NCBI RefSeq assembly: GCF_947501905.1
Contig: NZ_CANMXL010000004.1
Location: forward strand, 144,777-208,776
Direction of reading: 5' to 3'
From: an uncultured Winogradskyella sp.
GTDB taxonomy: Bacteria; Bacteroidota; Bacteroidia; Flavobacteriales; Flavobacteriaceae
Length of the DNA stretch: 64,000 bases
In this document: in pieces, positions 29,027 through 39,493 of the stretch
Numbering within the stretch: position 1 is the first letter of the stretch
How the letters are laid out: each line of letters begins with the position of its first letter
Program-made: the position numbers and the translations under genes
Notes under the pieces: generated by a model
Database searches by the model: none
Told to the model about the DNA's origin: nothing
What the model saw: the letters and a program-made list of their open reading frames with translations, nothing else

Positions 29027-29147
29027 AATGTATCGTTTTTTAATGATTTCCTTTTATTCTGCAAAAATAACGCCAAAACTATTTATATATTTGATTTATG
29101 CACAAAAAGCACTATTTGACCTTTTTATAATTTTTGAATTAAGTAGA

Positions 29148-30539
29148 ATGAAGCCATTAATAGATTCGTTTTTAAATATTCTAAAACCTAGCCAAGTATT
29201 AATTGGTGATAGCTTATCTTCTAGGTATCATCATATTTGGGCTATGGATGTACCGCTTAATGCTCAAGCTATGCTGTTACCAGAGACGACACATCAGATT
29301 TCAGAAATAATGAAAATTTGCAATGAAACTGGAACTGCAATAATTGTTTTTGGTGGTCTTACAAACTTGGTAGGTAGCACAGAAACTGCAGGGGATGAAG
29401 TTGTCATTTCCATGGAACGAATGAATGCTATCGAAACTCCTGATTTACAAAGTAGAACAATTACCGTTGAAGCTGGAGCAATTCTAGAGAGTGTTCAGCA
29501 AGCAGCAGCAAATATCGGGCTTTTATTTCCTTTAAATTTTGGAGCAAAAGGTTCTGCACAAATTGGAGGAGCTATATCTACAAATGCTGGCGGTCTTCAG
29601 GTAATTAGATATGGTATGACTAGAAATTTAGTTTTAGGTCTTGAAGTCGTATTAGCAGATGGTACAATTCTATCTTCGTTAAAAAAGATTATAAAAGATA
29701 ATTCTGCGTATGATTTAAAGCATTTATTTATTGGTTCGGAAGGTACGTTAGGTATTGTTACCAAGGCAGTTTTAAAGTTAGTTGAATCCCCTAAAAGCCG
29801 TGTTTCTGCATTTGTTGGGATTAATGACTTTAATGATGTTGTCTCTTTTATGCGTTATGTAGATCAAGGGTTGGCTGGGACATTAAGCAGTTATGAATTA
29901 ATCTGGAAAGATACCTTTATAACCTTAACACAAGACCAATCGGTTGAGCGATCACCATTACCATATGATTACAACTATTATGTTTTAATTGAAGGACTTG
30001 GGAGTCATCTTGAGCAAGATCAGGCACGCTTAGAAAGTCTATTAGAAGAAGCATTAAACCATAGTATTATTGAAGATGCAGTATTGGCTTATACTGATAA
30101 GGAGCTTAATTGGTTTTGGCATATACGCGAAAACGTAGATGCTTTAGTTACAGTTTGTGATTACGACCAGCATTTTGATATAAGCTTGCCTATTAACTCA
30201 ATAGGAGAAACTATTTCTAAAATCGTTAAAAAACTTTCCAGAATTAAAGGTGTAACTCATATTTTTCCATTTGGTCATGTGGGTGATGGTAATATTCACT
30301 TCATTATTGGGAAACAGAACAATAGTGACGAATTGCGTATGGCCATAAATACAGTAGTATATGAACCCTTATTAGATTTAGGTGGTTCTGTTTCAGCAGA
30401 GCATGGCATTGGATTACATAAAAAAGAATATTTAAATCTTTGCAGAACTCAAGAGGAAATATTTGTAATGCAGCAACTTAAAAAAACACTTGATCCTAAA
30501 AGTATTTTAAATCGTGGCAAAGTTTTGGATATAAACTAA
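29148..30539 (+). CDS. FAD-binding oxidoreductase (GlcD/D-lactate dehydrogenase family)
   Basis: It has an FAD_binding_4-type region (GG.T..VG, GG.ISTNAGG) and a C-terminal SAEHGIG.HK. I chose the ATG at 29148 (MKPLIDSF...), because the track ORF from 28944 overlaps the divergent OMP gene. Confidence 0.8.
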   Translation: MKPLIDSFLNILKPSQVLIGDSLSSRYHHIWAMDVPLNAQAMLLPETTHQISEIMKICNETGTAIIVFGGLTNLVGSTETAGDEVVISMERMNAIETPDLQSRTITVEAGAILESVQQAAANIGLLFPLNFGAKGSAQIGGAISTNAGGLQVIRYGMTRNLVLGLEVVLADGTILSSLKKIIKDNSAYDLKHLFIGSEGTLGIVTKAVLKLVESPKSRVSAFVGINDFNDVVSFMRYVDQGLAGTLSSYELIWKDTFITLTQDQSVERSPLPYDYNYYVLIEGLGSHLEQDQARLESLLEEALNHSIIEDAVLAYTDKELNWFWHIRENVDALVTVCDYDQHFDISLPINSIGETISKIVKKLSRIKGVTHIFPFGHVGDGNIHFIIGKQNNSDELRMAINTVVYEPLLDLGGSVSAEHGIGLHKKEYLNLCRTQEEIFVMQQLKKTLDPKSILNRGKVLDIN

Positions 30540-30550
30540 CCATATTTTGC

Positions 30551-31393
30551 TTAATCATCTTTAGGTTGCTCAACAATTGTAATTGCTGCAATTAAGTCTT
30601 TTGTGTCCATATCCTTTAATTCTTCATCAGGAATAAAAGGAATCAACTTATCATTGGTGTAGTTGTATAATTTCCAGCGTTTTAATCGGTATTCTAATGC
30701 AGTAAAATTTTCAACCCAGTCACCAGAATTTAAATAAGTAGTTGAACCTTTTGAATTAGATTTTACTTCAATTGTTGGTTGGTGAATATGCCCGCAGATA
30801 ACATAGTCATAGCCATTTTGTATTGCCAAATCTGACGCAGTTTTTTCAAAATCACCAATATATTTCACTGCACTTTTTACATTATTCTTAATTTTCTGTG
30901 AAAATGAATAGCGCTCTTTACCGCGTTTTTGTAAATACCAATTTATCCAACGGTTTAAAACAATAAGTAAATCATAACCCCAGCCACCAAGTTTAGCAAT
31001 CCATTTTGCTTTTTGGATTGAGACATCAAAAACATCGCCATGAAAAATCCATGCTTTTTTCCCGTCTAGGTTAAGTAACAATTTGTTAACAATAGAGATA
31101 TTTCCAATTTCGGTATCAGTAAACTTGCGAAGCATTTCATCATGATTACCTGTTACATAACTCACTTTTGTGCCGTTAGCAGAAAAACTCATAATTTTCT
31201 TAATTACCTTTAAATGAGCTTTAGGAAAATACCGTTTATTAAACTGCCATATATCAATAATATCGCCATTAAGCACCAAATGCTTAGGGTCAATACTATT
31301 TAAGTAGTTTAGCAATTTTTTAGCATTACAGCCGTAAGTACCAAGATGCACATCCGAAATAACAACAATATCTAACTTTCGCTTTAAGTTCAA
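30551..31393 (-). CDS. lpxH: UDP-2,3-diacylglucosamine diphosphatase-like metallophosphoesterase
   Basis: It has the calcineurin-like motifs ISDVHLG, NGDIID, GNHD, HGD and GHIH. The size and layout match LpxH-type enzymes. The gene symbol is tentative. Confidence 0.65.
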   Translation of the reverse strand: MNLKRKLDIVVISDVHLGTYGCNAKKLLNYLNSIDPKHLVLNGDIIDIWQFNKRYFPKAHLKVIKKIMSFSANGTKVSYVTGNHDEMLRKFTDTEIGNISIVNKLLLNLDGKKAWIFHGDVFDVSIQKAKWIAKLGGWGYDLLIVLNRWINWYLQKRGKERYSFSQKIKNNVKSAVKYIGDFEKTASDLAIQNGYDYVICGHIHQPTIEVKSNSKGSTTYLNSGDWVENFTALEYRLKRWKLYNYTNDKLIPFIPDEELKDMDTKDLIAAITIVEQPKDD

Positions 31394-31577
31394 ACCTCTA
31401 AATTAATAGTGCAAATAACTTGTATTGATATGACTTAATAGTTAATGGATAATTAACTGTTATTAAGGGAATTGTTATCAAAGTGTTATGTAAATCAAAT
31501 AATAAAGCTTTTATAAAATATAAAATGGGTTTTTGTTTCTGTGAGATTACAATTACATTAGCATAAAATAAATATTG

Positions 31578-32642
31578 ATGGCAGGAAATTCCTTCGGAAA
31601 GTTATTTAAACTTACCACTTTTGGTGAGTCTCATGGTCCAGCAATTGGCGGCATCATTGATGGTTGCCCTGCAGGAATAAAATTAGATTTTGAAGCTATT
31701 CAAAATGAAATGAATCGCCGTAAACCTGGACAATCAAAAATTGTAACTCAACGTAAGGAGCCTGATACAGTAGAATTCTATTCTGGTATTTTCGAAGGAC
31801 AAACTACAGGAACACCAATTGGTTTTGTAATTAAAAACACAAATCAAAAGTCAAAAGACTATTCGCATATAAAAGATGTATATCGCCCAAGTCATGCAGA
31901 TTACACTTATGATAAAAAGTATGGTGTACGCGATTATCGAGGCGGAGGACGAAGTTCAGCTCGTGAAACAGCTAGTAGAGTAGTTGCTGGCGCTATTGCA
32001 AAACAGTTTCTGTCTCAAATAAATATTAATGCATTTACATCTTCGGTTGGAGATATATTTATAGATAAACCCTATCAAGATTTAGATTTCAATAAAATTG
32101 AATCTAATATTATTCGTTGCCCTGATGAAACCTCTGCAGAAAAGATGATAGCTAAAGTTCAGGAAATAAAAAAACAAGGTGATACCATTGGAGGAACTAT
32201 TACTTGTGTGATTCAAAATGTACCTGCTGGATTAGGAGAACCTGTTTTTGATAAGTTACATGCAGAGCTTGGTAAGGCTATGTTATCCATAAATGCGGTT
32301 AAAGGTTTTGAATACGGTAGCGGTTTTTGTGGTGCTAAAATGCAAGGTAGCGAACACAATGATAAATTTAATGAAGATGGAAGCACACAAACCAACTTAT
32401 CAGGAGGTGTGCAAGGAGGTATTAGTAATGGAATGGATATTTACTTTCGAGTCGCATTCAAACCCGTTGCAACTACATTACAAAAACAAGAAACAATTAA
32501 TAGCAAAGGCGAAACAGTCGAAATGCAAGGTAAAGGTCGTCACGATCCATGTGTAGTTCCGAGAGCTGTACCTATTGTTGAAGCTATGGCTGCATTGGTT
32601 TTGGCTGATTATATATTGCTAAACAGAATTAGCAGGTTATAA
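31578..32642 (+). CDS. aroC: chorismate synthase
   Basis: [31 protein letters not shown] and [10 protein letters not shown] are hallmark AroC motifs. The ATG lies one codon after the track's TTG. Confidence 0.95.
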   Translation: MAGNSFGKLFKLTTFGESHGPAIGGIIDGCPAGIKLDFEAIQNEMNRRKPGQSKIVTQRKEPDTVEFYSGIFEGQTTGTPIGFVIKNTNQKSKDYSHIKDVYRPSHADYTYDKKYGVRDYRGGGRSSARETASRVVAGAIAKQFLSQININAFTSSVGDIFIDKPYQDLDFNKIESNIIRCPDETSAEKMIAKVQEIKKQGDTIGGTITCVIQNVPAGLGEPVFDKLHAELGKAMLSINAVKGFEYGSGFCGAKMQGSEHNDKFNEDGSTQTNLSGGVQGGISNGMDIYFRVAFKPVATTLQKQETINSKGETVEMQGKGRHDPCVVPRAVPIVEAMAALVLADYILLNRISRL

Positions 32643-32694
32643 TAATTCCTCAATAAGAGCAGGCATTTATGTCTTGAAGTGCTATTTAGCTAGT

Positions 32695-35600
32695 ATGAAA
32701 TATTTAGTTCTAAAGAGAAAAAAGCTATGGAAGCTATTGTTATATCTAGGCATTATACCGCTATTGGTATTAAGTGTAGTGTTTGTGTACATCTATACGA
32801 GACAAGAGACTATTCTACAAAATCAAATCTCTAAATTAAATACTGAACATGCTGCGCTTATAAAGGTTGGAGAAAGCCGTATATCTCTATTTAAGAATTT
32901 CCCCTATGTTTCTATTAAAATTAATGATTTAGAAATTTATGAAACTAAGGCAGTTGATGCTCCAGTAATCACACGCTTAGATAACATTTATATTGGGTTT
33001 AATCTATGGGATGTTTTAAACAAAAATTATGATGTCCAATCAGTTTTGTTAGAAGATGGTTTTCTAAATTTTGTTTTGCATGAAGATGGTTCAAACAACA
33101 TAGAAAATGCTTTAAAAACAGACACAGAAACTTCAGAAAGCAAATCCACTACTGATATTCATCTTGAAAAAATTAAAATTCGAAATTTAGATGTACATAA
33201 GTTAGATGAATCTAATAATCTAGATGTTGAGGCTCTTATTTATTGGGGTAATGGTGGATTTAAAACAGAGAATAGTCAAATAGAAGCGCATATAGATACA
33301 GAATTTGAGCTTAACATAATAAAAGACTTAGATACTACATATATAAAGCATAAACATTTTCAATTTGAAACTGACCTAAATTTTGATAAAACTTCTGGCA
33401 TACTAAGTCTGCAACCTACAACTGTTGTACTGGAACATGCGGATTTTGAATTAGAAGGTACACTTGACACAAAAAATGATATGGATTTAGACCTTTCTAT
33501 TAAGGGCTCAAAATCTAATTTTGATATGCTTATAGCATTTGCACCTCACGACCTCGTCCCAGTTTTAGAAAGTTATAGTAATGCAGGTAATATTTACTTT
33601 AATGGACTTGTAAAAGGCCCTTTGTCCAATAATCAAATGCCATTTATAGATGCAGAATTTGGGACAGATAAGGCGTATTTAGAGAATACTCAAAAGAAGA
33701 GGCGAATTAGTGATTTAGGATTTAAGGGGCATTTTACAAATGGGATAGAACGAAGCCTAGAGAGCATGGAATTTTCATTAACCAATATGAATGCTAAGCT
33801 AGAAAGAGGAAATTTCACAGGAAATTTAGTGGTAAAAAATTTTGAGCACCCAGATATTAATGTCCAAGTCGATGTAGATTTTAATATTAATTTTGTTACT
33901 GAATTTTTTAACATTCAGAGCATAAAAAATACTTCTGGCAATATATCGTTGAAGATGAATTTCCACGATATTATAGACTTTAATCAGCCTGAGCTTGCCC
34001 TAAACAACTTAAACCAAGCTTATTTTAGTGAATTAAAAATTAAAGATTTAAGCATAGCATCAGATGATTTTCCTGCACCACTTGAGCAATTAAATGCTCA
34101 TGTAGTAATAAATGGTAAAGATGCTATAATCGAGAACTTTGATATGCTTCTTGGTAAATCCGATTTATCAATTAACGGGTCTCTTTCTAACTTTCCTTCA
34201 GTTTTCCATCATACAAACGATTCTATTGACGCACATTTAAATATTACCTCCAAGTTGATTGATATTGCAGAATTGACCAAGTATTCTGAAGCTGATAGTA
34301 TAGGTATGAATGAGCAACTAAAAAATCTAAATACCGGTTTATCCTTTAAAACATTAGCTAAAGACTTTACAGAATTTGATTATTTACCAAAAGGAGAATT
34401 CTTTATTGATAGCCTTTATGCAGAATTAGAGCATTATCCACATAACTTTCATGATTTTCATGCCGATATCTTGATTGATAAAAATGATATGAAGGTTGTT
34501 GATTTTACAGGATATATCGATGACTCAGATTTTCATCTTGATGGTTTTGCGCATAATTATGGGTTTTGGTTTCAGGAGACTTTAGATGGAGATGTCGATT
34601 TAGATCTTACTTTGGCTTCAGACTTATTAAGGCTTGAAGATATATTCACATATAAAGGTGAGAATTATGTGCCTGAAGAGTATCGACACGAAATGTTTAA
34701 AAATCTAGAGCTACATCTCAATTCTTCAATGCATTACAAAGCTTCTAGTTTACAATCCATAGATTTAGATATAGACAAGCTAAATACTAAAATGCTGTTG
34801 CATCCTAATACATTCGAAGATTTTCGTGGGCATTTTTACTATGAAAACGACCAACTTGTCGTTAATGACTTTAATGGTAAAATAGGAGACACAAACTTTG
34901 ACATGGATTTAAAGTATTATCTAGGAAAAGATGCTGAAAAAAGTAAAACTAATTCACTAAAGCTAAAGTCTAGCTATATTGATTTTGATGCGCTTTTTAA
35001 ATTTAACCCTGAACCACCAAATAAAGTAGCATTAGTAAATGAGTTTGAAGATGTAAAATCTCATGCTGAAGCTTTCAATATATATGAATTGCCTTTTACA
35101 GATATGGCATTTGACGTCGATGTAAAGCGTTTGAAGTATCATAGAATTGATTTAAAAAATATTGAAGGTCAATTGCGTATGACTCAAAATCATTATATAT
35201 ATATAGATACATTAAATGTTGATTCCGCAGGAGGAAATTTTAAACTCTCAGGTTATTTTAATGGTAGCGACCCAAAGCATATTTATTTTAAACCCAACCT
35301 AATTATGCAAAATGTGGATATTGATAGGCTTGCATATAAGTTTGAAAACTTTGGTCAAGATCATGTGTTATCTGAGAATCTACATGGTAAACTAACATCA
35401 AAAATTACTGGTAATGTACGATTGTATCCAGACATGGTACCTGATCTTGATCAATCTGAAATATATATGAATGTTAAGATTCTAGAAGGTAGACTTGAAA
35501 ATTATGAACCCATGTCTATGCTTTCTGATTATATTGGAGACAAAAACCTAAAAAAGATAAGATTTGATACACTTCAAAATAAAATTGGCATCGATAATGG

Positions 35601-35895
35601 TAAGATTGTTATTCCGAGCATGACTATTGAATCTACCTTAGGGCATATAGAATTTTCTGGGACTCACGATAGTAATCATAATATTGAATACTATATAAGA
35701 ATACCTTGGAAGACAGTAAAGAAAGCGTCTTTGTACAAAATTTTTGGAAACAAGAAAAAAGCAGATTCTATCTATGGAGAAGAGAATATCGTAAAAGTAG
35801 ATAAAACCAAAAGAACACGTTATTTAAACTTAAAGATTATAGGAACAATGGATGACTATGATATATCTTTAGGAAAGAAAAAGAATAAAAAATAA
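32695..35895 (+). CDS. AsmA-family/AsmA-like large envelope protein
   Basis: It exceeds 1000 aa, has a single N-terminal TM helix (LWKLLLYLGIIPLLVL) and is repetitive and beta-rich. This matches the AsmA/TamB-like architecture. Confidence 0.55.
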   Translation: MKYLVLKRKKLWKLLLYLGIIPLLVLSVVFVYIYTRQETILQNQISKLNTEHAALIKVGESRISLFKNFPYVSIKINDLEIYETKAVDAPVITRLDNIYIGFNLWDVLNKNYDVQSVLLEDGFLNFVLHEDGSNNIENALKTDTETSESKSTTDIHLEKIKIRNLDVHKLDESNNLDVEALIYWGNGGFKTENSQIEAHIDTEFELNIIKDLDTTYIKHKHFQFETDLNFDKTSGILSLQPTTVVLEHADFELEGTLDTKNDMDLDLSIKGSKSNFDMLIAFAPHDLVPVLESYSNAGNIYFNGLVKGPLSNNQMPFIDAEFGTDKAYLENTQKKRRISDLGFKGHFTNGIERSLESMEFSLTNMNAKLERGNFTGNLVVKNFEHPDINVQVDVDFNINFVTEFFNIQSIKNTSGNISLKMNFHDIIDFNQPELALNNLNQAYFSELKIKDLSIASDDFPAPLEQLNAHVVINGKDAIIENFDMLLGKSDLSINGSLSNFPSVFHHTNDSIDAHLNITSKLIDIAELTKYSEADSIGMNEQLKNLNTGLSFKTLAKDFTEFDYLPKGEFFIDSLYAELEHYPHNFHDFHADILIDKNDMKVVDFTGYIDDSDFHLDGFAHNYGFWFQETLDGDVDLDLTLASDLLRLEDIFTYKGENYVPEEYRHEMFKNLELHLNSSMHYKASSLQSIDLDIDKLNTKMLLHPNTFEDFRGHFYYENDQLVVNDFNGKIGDTNFDMDLKYYLGKDAEKSKTNSLKLKSSYIDFDALFKFNPEPPNKVALVNEFEDVKSHAEAFNIYELPFTDMAFDVDVKRLKYHRIDLKNIEGQLRMTQNHYIYIDTLNVDSAGGNFKLSGYFNGSDPKHIYFKPNLIMQNVDIDRLAYKFENFGQDHVLSENLHGKLTSKITGNVRLYPDMVPDLDQSEIYMNVKILEGRLENYEPMSMLSDYIGDKNLKKIRFDTLQNKIGIDNGKIVIPSMTIESTLGHIEFSGTHDSNHNIEYYIRIPWKTVKKASLYKIFGNKKKADSIYGEENIVKVDKTKRTRYLNLKIIGTMDDYDISLGKKKNKK

Positions 35896-35916
35896 AGATT
35901 TACTATAAATTAGCAT

Positions 35917-37224
35917 ATGAAAAAACTCGCACTACACTGGAAGATTATTATAGGAATGGTTCTTGGAATAGCCTTTGGACTAGGTTTCACGACTTTTGAA
36001 TCTGGCCCTGGAATTATTGGAGATTGGATTAAACCATTTGGAACAATTTTTATTAATTCATTAAAATTAATTGCCATCCCATTAATTCTTGCGGCATTGA
36101 TAAAAGGTATTTCTGATTTAAGAGATATATCTAGTTTATCAAAAATGGGTTTGAGAACAATTGTTACCTATGTGATAACAACAATAATTGCTGTTTCAAT
36201 AGGATTATTAGTGGTGAGTACTATTCAACCTGGTAATTCTATAGAAGAAGATACTAGAAACGAACTAATCGAAGCTTATGGAGGTGATGCCGAAGCAAAA
36301 CGTGTAGCTGCCCAAAATCAAAAAGAAGCTGGACCTTTACAAGCTTTAATTGATTTGGTACCAAGTAATATAGTGAGTGCAGCTTCAAGCAATAGAAATA
36401 TGCTGCAAGTTATTTTCTTTGCTGTATTCTTTGGTATTGCATTGATTCTTATTCCTGAAGAAAAATCAAAAACAGTAAAGAAGTTTTTTGATGGACTTAA
36501 TGAAGTCATACTCAAAATGGTTGATTTAATAATGTTAGCTGCGCCTTATGGTGTTTTTGCTTTAATGGCTGCATTAGTTGTCGAAGCTCCAAGTACTGAC
36601 TTATTTGCGGCTTTGGGTATGTATGCATTATCCGTAGTAATTGGTTTAGCTTTAATGGTTGTTTTCTATATAACACTGGTTAAGCTATTTACAAAAAAAT
36701 CACCGAGTTTTTTTTTAAATGGTATAGCTCCAGCTCAATTATTAGCCTTTTCAACCAGTAGTAGCGCAGCTACATTGCCAGTAACAATGGAACGAGTTAC
36801 GGAACATCTTGGCGTTGAGGAAGAAGTATCAAGTTTTGTGCTACCAATTGGAGCAACAATCAATATGGATGGTACGAGTTTGTATCAAGCTGTTGCTGCT
36901 GTCTTTATTGCCCAAGCATTTGGAATGGATCTTTCATTTGGAACTCAACTTGGTATTATTGCTACAGCGACTTTGGCTTCCATTGGTTCAGCAGCAGTTC
37001 CAGGTGCAGGAATGGTTATGCTAGTAGGTGTGTTAGGTTATGCAGGAATCCCTGAAGCTGGATTGGCATTGATATTTGCTGTCGATAGACCCTTAGATAT
37101 GTGTAGAACTGTTATTAACGTAACTGGCGATGCCACTGTATCAATGCTGGTAGCTAATTCTCAGGATAAACTTCATGACCCAAAACCCAAAGAATGGGAT
37201 GACCATTATGAAGCTGTAAAATAA
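35917..37224 (+). CDS. dicarboxylate/amino acid:cation symporter (DAACS, GltP-like)
   Basis: It has SSSAATLP and NMDGT motifs and multiple TM helices. Confidence 0.85.
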   Translation: MKKLALHWKIIIGMVLGIAFGLGFTTFESGPGIIGDWIKPFGTIFINSLKLIAIPLILAALIKGISDLRDISSLSKMGLRTIVTYVITTIIAVSIGLLVVSTIQPGNSIEEDTRNELIEAYGGDAEAKRVAAQNQKEAGPLQALIDLVPSNIVSAASSNRNMLQVIFFAVFFGIALILIPEEKSKTVKKFFDGLNEVILKMVDLIMLAAPYGVFALMAALVVEAPSTDLFAALGMYALSVVIGLALMVVFYITLVKLFTKKSPSFFLNGIAPAQLLAFSTSSSAATLPVTMERVTEHLGVEEEVSSFVLPIGATINMDGTSLYQAVAAVFIAQAFGMDLSFGTQLGIIATATLASIGSAAVPGAGMVMLVGVLGYAGIPEAGLALIFAVDRPLDMCRTVINVTGDATVSMLVANSQDKLHDPKPKEWDDHYEAVK

Positions 37225-37283
37225 TTTGGGAAAACACTTAAAGTTAGTATCTTAACTTTTCATAAAAACCAACCTATAAAATT

Positions 37284-38321
37284 ATGAATGTTTGTTTCAT
37301 TATGTATCCATGGGAAAACATTGACCCAGAAAATGATACAAGTTTAGCTTTAATAAAAGAATGTGTTAAAAGAGGGCATGGTGTAGCCATGTGTACGCCT
37401 GCAAATTTGACGATACGTGATAGTGTGACTAATGCCTTTTGTAACGTCATTAGCCGTATGGACAAAGTACCATCAACGCTAAAGGCATTTTATAAAAAGG
37501 CGACTCTAAGAGAAGAAATGCTACCGCTAGCAGGCTTTGACGCTATTTTCTTTAGAGCAAATCCGCCTTTAGATCCATTAATGCTTAATTTTTTAGACTC
37601 TGTAAAAGATGATGTGTTTATCGTAAATTCTTTACAAGGTATGCGAGAAGCTAATAACAAACTCTATACTGCTGCTTTCGGTGATGCACATAGTAATATT
37701 ATACCTAACACACATGTCTCAAAAAACAAGAACTACTTAATTCAACAAATTAAGGAGTCCAAATCGGACAAGATGATACTTAAACCTTTAAATGGTTTCG
37801 GTGGTTCTGGTGTTATTCTTATAGAGAAATCTGCCATGAGTAATATTAATTCATTGCTCGATTTTTATATCAGTGCTGGAGAAGGCGAATCAAATTATGT
37901 CATTCTTCAAGATTATATAGAAGGTGCTGATAAAGGAGATGTTAGAATTTTAATGCTTAATGGCGAAGCAGTTGGTGCTATGAAACGTGTTCCTGGAGAT
38001 GATGACCATCGCTCTAACGTTTCTGCCGGTGGTTCTGTGCAAAAGCATACTTTAACCAAAGAAGAGAAAGCATTATGCAGGCAAATTGGACCAAAACTTG
38101 TAAAAGATGGCTTATATTTTGTTGGTATTGATGTTATAGGCGGAAAACTTGTTGAAGTAAATGTCATGTCTCCTGGAGGAATAACTTATATCAATAAAGT
38201 ATATAAGAACAAGCGTAAGGTTGAAGAAAAAGTTATTGACTTCTTAGAGAGTAAAGTGCTTGATAATCTTGAGGCGTTTAATAGAAGAACTCGCCTACGT
38301 AAAACAGTTGAAGACGCATAA
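37284..38321 (+). CDS. GshB-like ATP-grasp ligase (annotated-type 'glutathione synthase'; true substrate unknown)
   Basis: It is collinear with E. coli GshB: D.S.A...E...RG, R..PP.D, N..Q..R..NEK, ILKPL.G.GG, D.R.L...GE, R.N...GG and FVG.D.IG..L.E.NV.SP. Confidence 0.75.
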   Translation: MNVCFIMYPWENIDPENDTSLALIKECVKRGHGVAMCTPANLTIRDSVTNAFCNVISRMDKVPSTLKAFYKKATLREEMLPLAGFDAIFFRANPPLDPLMLNFLDSVKDDVFIVNSLQGMREANNKLYTAAFGDAHSNIIPNTHVSKNKNYLIQQIKESKSDKMILKPLNGFGGSGVILIEKSAMSNINSLLDFYISAGEGESNYVILQDYIEGADKGDVRILMLNGEAVGAMKRVPGDDDHRSNVSAGGSVQKHTLTKEEKALCRQIGPKLVKDGLYFVGIDVIGGKLVEVNVMSPGGITYINKVYKNKRKVEEKVIDFLESKVLDNLEAFNRRTRLRKTVEDA

Positions 38322-38332
38322 ATATTAACATA

Positions 38333-39487
38333 ATGCTTCAAATTGAATCGCCATTAGTTTCTGTAAATTGGCTTCATAAACATATTGAGGCTGAAAACTT
38401 AGTTGTCTTAGATGCTACTATCCCCAAAGTTGCTATTAATGAATTAGTATTCGATTCGGGTTACATTCCAAAATCACAATTTTTTGATATCAAAAATAAG
38501 TTTAGTGATGTTTCTGGTCAGTTTCCAAATTCGTTGCCAAGTTCTAAACAGTTTCAAATTGAAGCTCAAAAACTTGGTATTAGCAATAACAGTGCTATAG
38601 TAGTTTACGATTTACATGGTATCTATTCAAGTGCAAGAGCTTGGTGGCTATTTAAATACTTTGGACATAATAATGTAACGGTTTTAGATGGTGGTTTACC
38701 AGAGTGGAAGAAAAATGATTATGAAACAGTTAGTGGTTGTGAAGTTCCAAAATCTCTTGGGAATTTCATAGCAAAACCTAAAGAATCATTAATTACAGAT
38801 TTTAAAGGTGTAAAGTCATTTTCAAACTCTGAAAAAGCATTAATTTTTGATGCACGTTCTCAAAAACGCTTTTCTGGAGAAATACCAGAACCTAGAGAAG
38901 GATTGCGAAGTGGGACAATTCCAAATTCAGTAAATTTACCATATACTGAGTTACTTTATATGGGTAAGTTAAAATCTAAAGAGCAATTAAAACAGCTTTT
39001 TGAAGATTTAATTAATGAGCAAAAAACCTATGTTTTTAGTTGTGGCACAGGAATTACAGCTTGCAATTTAGCACTCGGAGCAACAATAGCAGGCTATGAA
39101 GATTTAATTGTTTATGATGGCTCATGGACAGAATACGGAACATTAACTCATAATAATATGGAGGCACCAAATTGGACAAAAGATGAGTTTATGGCATATA
39201 TATTATTATATGCTGCACATTCAGATTTTAAAGAAGATAATCATGAACGTAATGTTATCATCTCAAAAGTAGATATGCATACTTTTCAGAAAATTCATGA
39301 TGAATTTTCAAACGATAATGATTACCAATGCATTCAAAAAATACTGGCTTCTGTTGAAAAGCACAATTATTCTTCTGAGAATATGGATCAAATATTAGCC
39401 GATATTAAAGGGCTATTTTTCGCAGATGGCGACTTTGATATTAAAGAACATTCCATGCTTTTATTCTTAAAGCGTATTTTAAAATAG
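38333..39487 (+). CDS. tandem-rhodanese sulfurtransferase (SseA/3-mercaptopyruvate type) with an extra C-terminal domain of about 110 aa
   Basis: It contains two rhodanese repeats. The active-site loop is SCGTGITAC, with the Cys codon at 39041-39043. From about residue 275 onward the sequence is helical and non-rhodanese. Confidence 0.75.
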   Translation: MLQIESPLVSVNWLHKHIEAENLVVLDATIPKVAINELVFDSGYIPKSQFFDIKNKFSDVSGQFPNSLPSSKQFQIEAQKLGISNNSAIVVYDLHGIYSSARAWWLFKYFGHNNVTVLDGGLPEWKKNDYETVSGCEVPKSLGNFIAKPKESLITDFKGVKSFSNSEKALIFDARSQKRFSGEIPEPREGLRSGTIPNSVNLPYTELLYMGKLKSKEQLKQLFEDLINEQKTYVFSCGTGITACNLALGATIAGYEDLIVYDGSWTEYGTLTHNNMEAPNWTKDEFMAYILLYAAHSDFKEDNHERNVIISKVDMHTFQKIHDEFSNDNDYQCIQKILASVEKHNYSSENMDQILADIKGLFFADGDFDIKEHSMLLFLKRILK

Positions 39488-39493
39488 AATTAT

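Noticed and set aside
28944-29147. The 68-codon N-terminal extension of the FAD-oxidoreductase ORF in the track.
   Set aside because: It overlaps the 5' end of the divergent OMP gene (28550-29026) and the shared promoter region. It encodes low-complexity hydrophobic text. The conserved protein begins at the ATG at 29148.
31394-31577. The 184-bp leader upstream of aroC, checked for a riboswitch, T-box or attenuator. It includes an imperfect palindrome, TAATAGTTAAT..ATTAACTGTTATTA.
   Set aside because: I could identify no conserved riboswitch core (for example a TPP CUGAGA box or a T-box specifier/terminator pair) and no leader peptide rich in aromatic codons. It is probably just a divergent promoter region shared with the lpxH-like gene.
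37284-38321. The straightforward functional call 'glutathione synthase GshB'.
   Set aside because: Family membership is clear. However, the operon partners (FGase-fold amidase, QEGLA peptidase, rhodanese) and the presence of bshA in the same window make a classical glutathione role doubtful. I therefore kept it as 'GshB-like ATP-grasp ligase, substrate unknown'.
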